This document shows positions 1 through 13,059 of a stretch of DNA of 64,000 nucleotides, in pieces. The notes under the pieces are model-generated. The model ran no database searches, was not told where the DNA came from, and saw only the letters and a list, made by a program, of their open reading frames with translations. The DNA comes from Eledone cirrhosa (lineage: Eukaryota): contig OZ024743.1 in assembly GCA_964016885.1 (NCBI GenBank), positions 349,742,001-349,806,000 on the forward strand, written 5' to 3'. How positions within the stretch are numbered: position 1 is the first letter of the stretch; each line of letters opens with the position of its first letter. A program made the translations under genes and the position numbers.

Positions 1-549
1 TTAAGATTCAATTCTTTTAAAATGTTCAAATATCTACACTTCCGGTTAGCGTCCGCTATATCATAACACTTATTACATCTCTTATGTAAACGTTTATATA
101 TTTGCATTGTTGTATAAGGTTTATATTTAGGTGGCTAATTTTCTTCTTTTTCGTTTTCATAAAATTTTGCCGTAATGCAGTTTATATATAATATCGTCTT
201 TTTTAAATATATCATGGATTACTTTACTGATTACAGAAGAGAGTGTAACACAGTCTCTCTTCAATTTCTGTGCATATTGTCAATTACGATTTTATTTGAC
301 GTATCATATCTACATGCATATATATTTGCGTATAATATCAATATACACACTACACAAGCGAGCAGAAAACCACCCGAAGGGTGATCATTCTGCTAGTACA
401 TTTAATAATGCGTTTGTTCGATAAGCGTGGGCTTGTGCTAAAGAAAAACAACAACATCACAAACAACACAAATAACAACTATTCAACAGCAACAATTACT
501 CACATTAAACTTTACTAAATGATGTAAGCGTATATAAAATTGATATTAC

Positions 550-723
550 CGCACTATATCTTCAGTGTTTGCATCAATTCCTGTGGCAAGGGCGCCGAAA
601 TAGCCAGGTATTCCAGTTTTGTGCGCAAGGAGGTCTCGGATATTGACATATTTGCTCCGGTGTTCATCACATAGTTGGAAATTTTTTCCTAATATCTCTT
701 GTACAGGTGTATCCCAAGTCAAA
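550..723 (-). CDS. Internal exon of a host beta-lactamase-family (class C-like serine hydrolase) gene
   Basis: Translates LTWDTPVQEILGKNFQLCDEHRSKYVNIRDLLAHKTGIPGY, matching the 'WDxPV...TIRDLLxHxTG' segment of Beta-lactamase (PF00144-type) proteins. Acceptor ttacttattacAG at 725-724, donor GTaata at 549-548; 174 nt, phase 2-2. Confidence 0.8.
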
Positions 724-866
724 CTGTAATAAGTAAAAATCAACAACATAATTGTGCATCACCTGAACAATGTTATTATACATAATTTGTAATAAAATAA
801 TTTATTGTGGATTTGTAGATTCCGAGAGCGCAAGGCAAAATAATTTGCACCATTTGTTCCAGCTCT

Positions 867-985
867 TTAGAATTGGAGTTACAAATTCACCGAGGTCCAA
901 CTTTGGCTTTCATCTTTCCAGAATTGATGAAATAATAGTTAAGTACAGTGTGGATTTACTCAATTAACCCTAGCCCCTACATTTT
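867..985 (+). mobile_element. Degenerate tRNA-derived SINE fragment
   Basis: gagttacaaattcaccgaggtccaactttggctttcatc resembles the SINE core repeated elsewhere in the window (gagttcaaatcccgccgaggttaactttgcctttcatcc). Confidence 0.55.
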
Positions 986-1179
986 TGGCTGAGTGTCTAA
1001 ATGAGAAACCACTGAGTTAAAAGGGAATAGCCAAAGAAACTACTGATGTAGTCTATCAAGAGTAAGTAAAATAAAAATCTCACAAAGTGGAATATGTTTT
1101 GTATGATGAGGAAGGGAATTTTAACGTTTCAGACATTTGTCTGTCATCAGCGAGAGTGAAAAGACCTTAATAATTGGAG

Positions 1180-1396
1180 CTGGGATGGCTGTGGAGTTAG
1201 GCATTTCGCTCTGCAGCCACAACGTTTCGAATTCGGATCACCTGCGTGTCTCATTGGGAAAGTGTCTCCTATTACAGGTTTAGATTAATGAATGGTTTTG
1301 TTGATGACAAACGCGCGCAGGCCTATCCTACACACACACACACACATACACACACACACAAATACTCACACATTCATAAACACACAGACACATATG

Positions 1397-1468
<72 letters not shown>

Positions 1469-1544
1469 CGTGTAAATGTAGATGTAGGAACAGACGCGCA
1501 TGCACACACACACACACACATGTATATGTGTGTGTGTGTGTGTC

Positions 1545-1577
<33 letters not shown>

Positions 1578-1760
1578 GTGCGTGAATGACTACATCTACA
1601 CCACTTAACAAACGGTTTGCTTCTATATGACCTTAACTGAGCATCTCGATAATTGGAGAGCGATTAATTAAGTACTGACTTAAATATTCATGACTATATG
1701 ATCGACTAAATCCTTGAATGCAGAGCCCCAGCATAGCTCTAGTCCAATGACTCATATCAG
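1180..1760 (+). mobile_element. Degenerate SINE of a second family with internal CA/TA/TG microsatellite
   Basis: tRNA-like head (ggctgtggagttag...gaattcggatc...gggaaagtgtct) similar to 59580; 3' part ends ccagcatagctctagtccaatgact. Confidence 0.45.
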
Positions 1761-2889
1761 GTCTCAAATTTTAAAAGAATTATAGTAATATTGTGCTAGA
1801 CACACTATATATATATACATTTTATATTTTATTAAGCGTGAGGGAGGGTAGAATCAGCAGGAATACGATACTTTCGGATCTAATTTTCTGAAGTATATGG
1901 TTAAGTCTTCATTTTAATATATATTGGTCTCGGTCACAACATATACAGAACTTATTTCAATTTAGTACTTTTTATATCCATCTGTCTTTAACAAATTGTT
2001 TACTTACGTATTTGACACAAATAGACACAAATCCACACATCGGATTCCACCAATAAACAGAAGCACATACACGAACATATAGTCGCATATAATGTGTCAC
2101 ACACTCAATTGTTATATGCAGAATACGTAACACAATTATCTATCTACTCATATGTAAAAACACTTGATATTTTCATGTCTTCAGTATCGAATGTGTAAAA
2201 CCCCCCGAAAAAGAGAAAATATTGTTAATATAATTACTGGGATGATGAATTACTGAATGTATTATATTTGTTTTCAGTATGTTATCGTCCTTCATAGCGC
2301 AGGTCGATTGGGTAAGAAATAAAATATTTTAAGTAGCTGATATCTGGAAATCCCTCAATATATATCGACTGGAGTATCTGCAAGAACCCGCCAATTAGAA
2401 ACTTTTCAAAATTGCAAACGGCTGTAATAGGATATTATAATTCTAAGAATGTGGCAGGAATTGATAGCTTCGTTAGAGCGAAAAACATAACAGCTTTCTA
2501 TATTCTTTCTCGCTCTATGCACTCTGATTTCAAGTAACATCGTGATCAATTTTGCCTCATTTCCTACATGCACACACACTCAAACGTACACGTACACTCA
2601 CACATACACGTACACACACACACAAACGCACACGTACTCACACACGCACATATACACATACACATACGCATACACATGTATATATATATATGTGTGTGCG
2701 TGTGTGTGTGTTTGTGTGTGTGATTGTGCGCGCGCGTGCTTTTAAGTGTGTGTGTGTATGTGTATCTATCTATAGAAACATATCTATCTATCTATCTATA
2801 TATATATGCGAAAAGTACATGTAAAACAACAAAGCAAACAATTATTTACAATGCAAATATATATTAGTTTAACGCTTGGCATAGGACAA

Positions 2890-4720
2890 AGATCAATAAT
2901 TGATTTTGCTATTCTATGATCTCTTCGATTCTGTGATGGATGTTCGAGTTAAGAGAAGGGATGAGCTGTCAACTGATCATAATCTAGTTATGTGCAACGT
3001 GAGACTAACTCAAGCCAAGAACGCCCATGAAACTGGCAAGTCCAACATGACCTGCAGGATAAAGTAGGAAGTGCTGCATGATGAGGAGCGTGTGTTAGGT
3101 AAGCGGTTACTATTGCATCCAAATTCAGGGAACTCCTTGAGTAAACTGAGGTCGTCACAACGGTGTTCAGCTCGGCAATTTGTGTTTTAGCGGTTAAATT
3201 GTGCGGGGAAAAAGTGTCTTTGTGTGGCGCGGAGTGGCATAAGTAACCCCTTGGTTCGATCAGCAGTTTAAAGATGCCATCCGCGCAAAGAAACTTACCA
3301 AGCTTCGCTTGGGTATACGTTCCTTGCACTTCCGGTACAAACAGGGGTGAAATCTCGCAGCAAAGACAAGAAAGGCGTATGAAATTAAGACATGGGGTTA
3401 CACTGGAATCTGACTTTAGATTAGCATATAATGTGTTCTGGCAGATCATCCACCAACTTTGTATTAAGAAGTCCCCCTAGCAAGCCTGCTATAGAAAAGC
3501 ATCTGGAGTCCATCTCTCTTTAATGTGGAAAGAAAATGTTGATCTAAATCCGGTCATCTAGAATCAATAACTAACCAGTCTGAGGTTGTTGTCACAAAAT
3601 TAATTTAAGCGTTCAAATATACCAAGGCAGCTGGTGGGATGAAATCCGGCTCCAGATAGAGAAGTTATTCTTTGGCTGACTCAAGTGTGGCAGGTTGTTT
3701 GGATCACTGGAAAGGCAATAACGCAATGCCAATCGGCAGGGATAATTCAAATTTTCAAAACAAAAGAGAAAAAAGAAAAAAAAAGTAAAGAGAGGACAAG
3801 AGAGATTGCTTTAATTATAGAAGGATCTCGTTGTTTAGTCTCTTGGGTAAAGTTGATGCTAAGTTTCTGGAATCCAAGCTACCTGTCGAAGAGTGCGGTT
3901 TCTGCCCTGGACGTCTTGTTTATACTCCCAGTTTTTTCACATTTAATTTTGATATATAATATTGCTTCTCCGAGAGATTACTTTCATTGAGATGTTTGGG
4001 TATTAGAGACTAATCAACCTTTGATATCAACACTGCGAAGGTCTTTAAGAAGCATTGCTAAGAAGTGTATGCTTGTTTCGCAGACCTCAAAAAAGCATAC
4101 GATCTCGTTCCACGGGTGATGTTTTAGCAAGTTCTGAAGGATATAAGATCAATGGACAGCTTCTTATTGTCCCGAAGTCTCTATAAGTATGTGTGTCCGG
4201 ATAAATTGTGTAAAGGTGAAAGCATTTAATGTGGGTGTCGGAATCCACCAGGAGTGCGTACTATCACCTCTCCTGTTTATATCAACTGGATTAACATGCG
4301 CAGCCGGGACAGAAGTGGTTTGAAACCTGATGGTTGTCAGATAAGTTGGCTGGTAGTTGCAGACGGCATAGTACTACTTAATTCATCGGAAGATGATGTC
4401 TAGCATGCACATGATATATTTTCTGCGGAGTGCAACACGGCAAGGATGGAAATCGGTGCTGTGAAAACTGAGATACTCTTCCTCTCAATGAAGCCTGCGC
4501 AGTGCTCTACATAGGAGTGGAGTTTCACTGAAGCAGGTGGAGACGTTCAAGTATCTCGGAGCCGTATTCATGAGAGATGGAAGGCAAGAGGTTGATTTAA
4601 GTGCAAAAATCAGTAGGTGGTGTTTCAGCATTCTATCACTAGAAGAAATGAGGTAGGTTAAATGTCAAACTCGCTACCATCATAGTATTTGTACCAATCC
4701 ATACATATGAGCATGGACCA
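2890..4720 (+). mobile_element. Highly degenerate RTE-clade (Expander/Rex3-like) LINE
   Basis: Remnants of the endonuclease end (gagctgtcaactgatcataatctagtt = ELSTDHNLV) and RT motifs (KAYDLVP, QECVLSPLLF, FADxIV, LKQVETFKYLG) across frameshifts. Confidence 0.6.
3915..4027 (+). mobile_element. Tail fragment related to the fold-back element at 4722-5125
   Basis: actcccagttt...gagagattactttcat(t)gagatgtttgggtat...gagactaat..acctttg is shared with 5049-5122. Confidence 0.6.
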
Positions 4721-4721
4721 C

Positions 4722-5121
4722 AAATAATTGAAGAATCCACCACACTCTTCCGGGATGTATAATTCTTTAAATATAAGAGAAATGAAACAACAGATCCGAA
4801 AGCGTAACACTACGCGTGTTTTGTTTTGTTTCTTTATTTCACCATGCTGCCTCGGTTAAGGAAACATTATGTATTATACCTTGTTCTACTTCTCTTAGAT
4901 TTTAAGAATTATACTCCACTGAAGAGTGTGGCAGATTCGTCATTTATTGGCGGTTACAATAAAAATTCTTCCCCATACGAAACCAAGGTAGGGAGATCTT
5001 TATATAAGGGGAGTTAGATAGAAAAATTGTTTTGTCCATCTAGTTTGTACTCCCAGTTTATTACTTTTCTGAGAGATTACTTTCATGAGATGTTTGGGTA
5101 TGGGAGACTAATTAACCTTTG

Positions 5122-5125
<4 letters not shown>
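4722..5125 (+). mobile_element. Fold-back Penelope-type terminal fragment with hammerhead ribozyme
   Basis: Inverted arms ~4723-4772 / 4899-4948; ends in (TA)n. Confidence 0.65.
4914..4995 (+). ncRNA. Type I hammerhead ribozyme
   Basis: ctcca-CTGAAGA-gtgtgg...ccatac-GAAA-ccaagg-TA-gggag: core boxes, stem II, short stem III and stem I (one mismatch). Confidence 0.65.
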
Positions 5126-5200
<75 letters not shown>

Positions 5201-5204
<4 letters not shown>

Positions 5205-6071
5205 ATAGAATTAGAATTTAGCTACGAACATAGCTGTATATAAATATGTATTTCAATTTCGTATTTCTAAAGAAATACGGTAAGTATATAAATAAACATT
5301 TAGAAAGCCATAGTTATGAATAACACATTGGCAGCCCGGCAAAAGCAAGGAGGAGAATAGTCGATGCATTTCGAACTCAACTGGTGCTCATCAGGACGAT
5401 CTTTCTCGCTCTTGTAACCGCCGAATGTTGAAAACTGGCGAAAATATATAGTTTTTTCGTCTGTGTAAATGAGCTAATTAATCTCATTTGTATATGAAGC
5501 TGTATAAGTTGGCTCAACTTATAATAGATTAACATTAGAATTTAGTTTCGAATAGAGCTGTATACAGATATGTATCTGAATTTCGTATTTCTAAAGAGAT
5601 TCGGTATGTTTATAAATAAACATTTAGAAAGCCATAGCTATGAATATCACGATGCATCGAGGTTGGTCCCCCTTGCTTCTGCCTGTCAGTGCCAGGTGGC
5701 GTTAGCTGCCAGTGTGTTATTCATAGTTATGGCTTTCTAAATGTTTAGCTATGTTCGAAGCTAAATTCTAATTCTATTCTATATTAAGTTGAGCCAACTT
5801 ATACAGTTTCCTATGCAAATGAGATTAATCATCTCATTTACACAGACGAAAAAATTATATATTTTCGCCTGTTTTCAAAGTCCGGAAGTTGCAAGAGCGG
5901 GAAAGATCGTCCTGATGAGCACCAGTTGAGTACAACATGCATGGAGGATTATCCCCCTTGCTTCTGGCGGGCACCGCATAGTGGCGTTAGTTGCCAGTAT
6001 GTAATTCATAGCTATGGCTGTATAAATGATTATTTATAAACATACCGTGTTTCTTTAGAACCACGAAATTG

Positions 6072-6075
<4 letters not shown>
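5201..6075. mobile_element. Tandem-plus-inverted ~325-nt monomer element with hammerhead (retrozyme/pLTR-like), between (TA)n tracts
   Basis: 5201-5650 is ~1.4 minus-strand monomers (agaatttag at 5213 and 5537); 5651-6075 is the same monomer on the plus strand. Confidence 0.75.
5357..5400 (-). ncRNA. Minimal type I hammerhead ribozyme
   Basis: Reverse complement atcgtc-CTGATGA-gcaccagttgagttc-GAAA-tgca-TC-gactat; degenerate second copy at 5906-5949 (+). Confidence 0.7.
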
Positions 6076-6160
<85 letters not shown>

Positions 6161-6377
6161 CTATGTGTGTATGTGTATGTTGAACAACCAAAATAAAACA
6201 AAACTTGAAGATACATTCTTAATTAGCTCATTGCTTAACGATCGTTTCAGAGTGTTGATTGATTATGGTAAATCGATATATTGACTAAACTAGTAGATAG
6301 TGGTTATGACACCACGCATTTCTAGTTAGTTTCGAAATTCTAACTCCTTCTCAGTATCCTCCTCAGAAATACACACG

Positions 6378-6574
<197 letters not shown>

Positions 6575-7393
6575 ACAGTATACGCGTGCATTTATCTAAA
6601 GGGATTTGGAGATCGCTTGTGTATGTAATCAAAATGTATGTTTTGTGTCGGTTTTTCTGTTTCTCAAGTCATTTCTGTTTAAGTGTCTGTGAATATAGAA
6701 ATCTAAACACGCATGTTAGCATTTGTGAGTGGGTGTCAGACATTAGATGGCTATTTGTATCTGAACTAACTGCGTGTGTCATGTGAATGATTCCTAGCAA
6801 TGTTCATTAATTCATAAAATCGATGAAATGTTGAAATAGATTCCTTGAATGGCAATACAGTTGGATATGAATGGTGTGTGTTCCGAGCGTAATTTGATTA
6901 AGAAAGAGGAGAATGGCGGCGATTGTGTTAACAGACCGTCCAACAATCTTTCACAATATTCTGGTGTCTTTCTTTCAAGCCAAGATCACGCACACGCAGG
7001 AACACGCACGCATGCGCACACACCCACGTGTACGTGTACGTACACACATACACGAACATTCACACATACGCACTCACACACAGATACAAACACTTCACAT
7101 ACACATATTGGCACACTCCCACTACGATACGTAGTACAGAGAGACACGGATAGAAAGGCTATAAGCGAACATTTCGATAAATAGTTTGCTAACCAATATT
7201 TGTATTTTGAGCTATATTGAATATTTTGTGAATAATTAGTTAGCGGAGTATGCACTTTCTATTGAGGTGTTTGTTGCCGTATTTCTGTGTAGGTGTGTCA
7301 TTTGTCAGTCTCTCTCATGTATGCATTTTTCTCCCACTTTCCTTGTAGCCATGTATGTTCTCGAGTTGCGTGTAGGAGTGTACTTTACAATTG

Positions 7394-7438
<45 letters not shown>

Positions 7439-7439
<1 letters not shown>

Positions 7440-7545
7440 ATAACGTGTCCCCCAAAAAGTTATACACGCTTCAACAAAATTCTAATAAATATTGCCTGTA
7501 CAGGTAATCAAAGTGTGTATACATATTTAGGGAACACACTGTATA
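7439..7545. mobile_element. Possible mariner-type MITE relic
   Basis: Degenerate terminal inverted repeats (gtgtcccccaaaaagttatacacgctt / aagtgtgtatacatatttagggaacacactg) with TA at the ends. Confidence 0.35.
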
Positions 7546-7563
7546 TGTATATATGTACATATG

Positions 7564-7738
<175 letters not shown>

Positions 7739-7743
<5 letters not shown>

Positions 7744-10700
7744 GGTGGATAAGCGAGCTGGAACTGGAGGAACTGAGCAGAGAGATTAGCTTGGAGATGG
7801 ACGGTGGAGTATGCCAGGCAAACGAGCCAGTGGGAAATGAAGGTGAAGAGGTCGAGAGAACGGAGGAACCACCCGAAGCAGACAATGATCCGAATACTGA
7901 GATAAATAATACCTGGAACAGAGATACGGCCACTGAGGAGATGAATGCTGACTGGCTAGGATAAGATTCGGTTGACATCCTAAATTTAGTGGTAGATGAA
8001 TTGAACAATGATAGTGGGAGACCTATGAACCTAAGATTTGTAGACAGGAAAAAGTTAAAAGAAACAACAGCTAAGGTAAACAAAGTCATCCCATACCTTG
8101 AGGCGAGGAGCCTTCACCAGTGCAACAATATCCTCAAAGCAACAGCAAATACGGTGAGAAAACTACTTGGTATAAAAGCGAGAGGAAACAACAGACAAGA
8201 AAGAGCAGAGCCTTGGTGGAAGAAACGACAGAGTGGTCAAATCAGGGAAATGAGAAATGACATTAGAAAGCTTGAGTCACTACTGAATGGGACACTAAAA
8301 AACATAGACACTAAAAATAGACTGGAAATAAAGTACAAAACTAGGAGGAAAAAGCTAAATATTATCATAGAGGAACTGAAGCAACGCATTGTAGCAAAGA
8401 GTGCAAAAATCAGGCGATACGAAAACAGAGTCAGTCAGTATAAACAGAACCGCATGTTCGACAACAACCAGAAGATGCTGTTTGGACAGCTTGAGGAGAA
8501 AGAAAGAGGCAACGACTTGATCCCTGAGGCGGAACAAACTAAAACATTCTGGAGAGGAATATGGGAGCAGGATGTTAGACATAATGACCAGGCAGGGTGG
8601 ATTGAGACAGTACAGAGGGAGATCGGTGAGCAGGCACACTAACAAACTGATTTGAGTATCACAGTTGAAACTCTTAAGGGGCAGGCCAAAAAACTAACCA
8701 ACTGGAAATCACCAGGCCCAGATGGTGTGCAGAGGTATTGGATTAAATATATAACATCCCTCCACCCGAAACTGACAACCATGTTCAATGACTGCTTGAT
8801 GTCAGATGAGGTACCAGAGTGGTTGACAAAAGGTACCACAGTTCTGATAATGAAAGACCGAATCAAGGGTAATGATGTTACCAACTATAGACCTATCACA
8901 TGTCTGTCCGTAATGTGGAAACTGTTGACGAGCATTGTTTCTGAGGAAATCTACCATCACCTCCACACAAACAACTTGTTACCGGACGAACAGAAAGGAT
9001 GCCGAAAGAAGTCACGTGGTACAAAGGACCAGTTACTTATTGATAAGATGGTAATGGGGAATTGCAGGAGGAGACACACTGATCTTGCCATGGGATGGAT
9101 AGACTACAGAAAGGCATTTGACATGGTGCCTCATTCTTGGATCACTAAAAGCCTGGAGATCTTCAAGGTGGCACATAACATCTGACAGTTGTTGGGCAGG
9201 AGTATGGGGTCCTGGGAGACAGAGTTGACATCAACTGGAGAATCCTTGGGAAGCGTGAAGATCAAGAGAGGTATCTTCCAGGGATATAGCCTGTCCCCTC
9301 TGTTGTTTGTCCTTGCCCTGATGCCCCTGACCAGTGTACTGCGAAAAGTGAGAGCAGGATACGGGTTGGGAAAGGGAGAGCTTACCATCAATCACCTCCT
9401 CTTCATGGACGATCTTAAGCTCTTCGGGAAGAGTGAGAAGGAGTTGGATGTGCTTGTTGACACTGTCCGTATTTTCAGCAGTGATATATGTATGCAGTTT
9501 GGTATTAGTAAGTGTGGAGTCATTGTGATGAGGAGGGGTAGGTTGAGCAGAAGTAACGGAATCCAGATACCATCAGGTGAGATGATAAAGGAAATTGAGT
9601 CTGAGGAAGGATACAAGTATTTGGGCGTTCTGGAGGCTGATGGCATAAAGAACAAAAAAATGAAGGAATTGTTAAGAACTGAATACATTCGGAGAGTAAG
9701 GAGCGTATTGAAGTCACATCTGAACAGCAGAAATGCCATAAGCGCAGTAAATTCCCGAGCTGTGCCTATTATTAGGTACAGTGCAGGAATTCTGAGATGG
9801 AATGTTGCTGAACAAAAAGAAATGGATAGGAAGACTAGGAAGCTATTGACTATCTACAACATGTTCCACAAGAGGAGTGAGGTCGATAGACTCTACCTAA
9901 GAAGATCTGAGGGTGGAAGAGGTCTTATCAGCATAGAGGACTGTGTTCAGATGGAGAAAAACAACCTACACAAATACGTGACTGATAGTAAGGAGCCAAT
10001 GCTCAGAACTGTACTGAAGGAGGGGACAATAGGCCAGCGGATGTCCAAGGAGGAAATAACATCAAGGAGAAAGAGCAGCCTTCAGGAAAAATCCCTTCAT
10101 AGTACCTTCTTTGAGAAAACTGAATTTAGAGATCCACAGACATGGAACTGGTTGAGAAGAGGAGACCTTAAAAAGGCTACAGAAGGAATGTTAATGGCTG
10201 CGCAGGAGCAGGCCCTCAAAATGAAGTGGTTGAAACACCATATTTACAAGGAGGAGGCTAGCCCACTGTGCAGGATCTGTGGAGAGAGAGAGGAGACTGT
10301 GGCTCACATTGTATCCGAGTGTAAACATCTAGCCCAGACCCACTATAAGGGTTGGAGACATATGTGATGGGCAGGGTGATCCACTGGCACCTGTGCATAG
10401 TAAACTATTTACCACATTCTGAGAAATGGTATGAGCATAAGGCTGAGGCGGTGATGGAGAACGATCAGGTGAAGGTGCTGTGGGATTTTAGGATACAGAC
10501 GGACAAAAAACTGGAACAGAATAGACCTGACCTGGTGGTTGTGGACAAAGAAAAAAGATCGTGTCTGATTGTGGATGTGGCCTGCCCATTCGACACGAGA
10601 GTGCAAGGAAGGAGAGGGAGAAAATTAACCAATACCAGGACTTAAAGTGGGAGGTAAAAAGGATTTGGAACTGCCATGAAGTCAAAGTGATCCCGATTGT

Positions 10701-10913
10701 CATAGGCGCACTGGGGACTATCTCCAAAAGTTTCCAGGGATGGTTAAAGAAAATCGGCCCCTTCACGCTTTTTGGAACGCTTCAAAAGGCATGCTTGCTG
10801 GGAACAGCAAGAACCCTCCGATACGTCCTGAATATCTGAGGCTGCAGGTAGTGGCTTGATATTCATTTCAACAAACTTTCCAGTTAACTAACATCAATGA
10901 CTGAGACTCAAAG
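7739..10913 (+). mobile_element. R4/Dong-clade non-LTR retrotransposon, family A, 5'-truncated and disrupted
   Basis: RT motifs (KSPGPDG, NYRPITCL, WIDYRKAFD, GIFQG, HLLFMDD, YKYLG), CCHC knuckle (CRIC..ETVAHIVSEC), RH, restriction-like endonuclease (RPDLVV..D, K..KY); flanked by (AAT)n; in-frame stops and a frameshift. Confidence 0.9.
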
Positions 10914-11698
10914 AATAATAATAATAATAATAATAATAATTGGTTTTTTTTTACCTATTTGTTTGTTTGTGTATTTACGTTCGTCTACAGCGTGATAGTG
11001 CCACACTAAAATCACCGGGGGTGATCAAATCACTGGGGGGTGATGAAATAACCGGTGGTTATGTAACCATACATTCACCAATCCTCGATAAGAGTCTTTA
11101 AATGTCGAACCTAAACAGTTCAAATAACGGTGAAGTGGAGACTGGAATGTCATGTCACAGACCCTCACCCAGTAGGTGCTCCCTGGCTCAGCAGCAGGGA
11201 CCTGGCTGTCAACCAAATACTGCTGGTGTCGGAGGAAGGAGAAGAAGGAAAGGGACCAGAACCAACTGGACGTAAGATTTGAATAGAACTGTTATGCAAT
11301 GTTACCTGAAGAGTAACCCCAAGGAGAAAGTCTATAGGAAACGGATGCATAACATCTGGAACGAGATTGGTCTATTTAAATTAGATGAACAAAAATTTGG
11401 CCGGGCAGGCTCGGGTAATAAGAACTAATGGGTGGATAAGCGAGCTAGAACTGGAGGAACTGAGCAGAGAGATTAGGTTGGAAATAGAGAGTGGAGTATG
11501 CGAGGCAAATGAGCCAGTGGGAAATGAAGGTGAAGAGCTTGAGAGAACGGAGGAACCATCCTAAATTTTGTTTTCAAATCCATATTTAATAAAACACCAT
11601 GTTATTTAATTCATTCTGACGACTGAAGACATATATAAATATCTGCCTTAAAAAAACCCAGTGGTAAATGAAATAATTATCTTATGTTGTTTATTACA

Positions 11699-11729
<31 letters not shown>

Positions 11730-12058
11730 GTAGGAGGTGAGTTTTATTGTAGCACAATAAAGCAATGCAAATATCGGATAAGTAGCACTCTACAGTTTGT
11801 AGGACTGGAGTATAAATAATATAAGATCAAAAGATCGTTAAAAGAGTTCCAAGTATTTTATTATGCGCATTTCATATGTTGAAATGTTGATATGTTGATT
11901 TAAAACTTCACTATTCACAAGTGTTTTTTAACCTTCATATCATGTATCCCTATTTTATCTGATGAAAACGCAGATATAATCTCATGAATATATTTGTTTT
12001 GGAAATGCGCATAATAAAATACTTGGCAGTCTTTTAACATCTTTTGATCTTATATTAT
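11730..12058. mobile_element. Fold-back Penelope-type fragment in (TA)n
   Basis: Inverted arms 11816-11873 / 12002-12058 plus an 85-nt tail on the left. Confidence 0.75.
11951..12021 (+). ncRNA. Type I hammerhead ribozyme
   Basis: tattttat-CTGATGA-aaacgcagatata...tatatttgttttg-GAAA-tgcgca-TA-ataaaata; perfect 8-bp stem I, palindromic stem III. Confidence 0.8.
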
Positions 12059-12080
12059 ATATATATATATATATATATAT

Positions 12081-12093
12081 GACGAGAAAGAGA

Positions 12094-12160
<67 letters not shown>

Positions 12161-12194
12161 AGAGAGAGAGAGAGTGAGAGAGAGAGGGAGAGAG

Positions 12195-12245
<51 letters not shown>

Positions 12246-12255
12246 GAGAGAGAGG
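12081..12255. repeat. (GA)n microsatellite
   Basis: Direct observation. Confidence 0.95.
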
Positions 12256-12429
12256 AAAAGAGACAGAATGTGAGTTACCCGTACATATTTGTGAAATATT
12301 GTTCAGCTAATTGCTCGATACTTGGGTATGTAGAGTATATGAATTGTATCCACTCGCCGACGAAATGGCGCGGGCTTAACAGACGGGCATGACCAAATTA
12401 CTATATAGATATACCTGAGTATCCGTGTG

Positions 12430-12498
<69 letters not shown>

Positions 12499-12504
<6 letters not shown>

Positions 12505-12703
12505 TAAAATAACAGATTAAAGTTTAGGCAAAAAATCGCTGCTTTAACCCTTAACCGGATTTTCTGAAACTCGGCGATTCTTTGCTTAAACTTTAATCTC
12601 TTATTTTAATAAATATTTGCGCTACGGTTCTTATATATTTGATATATATTTATCCTGATCGAGCCCTCTTTGGATTTTAGTCTTCACATTTATTGTTATT
12701 ACT
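12499..12703 (+). mobile_element. Fold-back element, family shared with 25072 and 62152
   Basis: Arms ~12499-12539 / 12574-12615; tail tttgcgctacggttctt...gagccctctttggattttagtcttc shared with the other two copies; flanked by (TA)n. Confidence 0.75.
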
Positions 12704-13059
12704 ATATATATATATATATACATACACACGTAGATATGTTTTCATATATACAAGATACCGAGCTGAAAAATGTGACAGTCCGAGATAATATGTACGTTTC
12801 GAATATAGGAATATATAGACAAACCTACAGAAAGATATATAGACGGGTAGAGCTATATAGATATAAATATGTAGAAAATAGATAAGTAGATATTAAGAGA
12901 GGTATATATGGATGTCTATAAGTAAAAGTAGAAAATAAGAGAAAAACATTCAGACACATATTGTAATTTACGAGAGATAAAATGACTACTTTTTAAAGGT
13001 TTTATCAAACATTTATAATACACATCACCCCTGTTCATTATTTTCATAAACACGTTTGA

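Noticed and set aside
11585-11700. Decayed inverted repeat with CTGAAGA and GAAA-taatta-TC
   Set aside because: Stem I and stem II do not pair; too degenerate to call.
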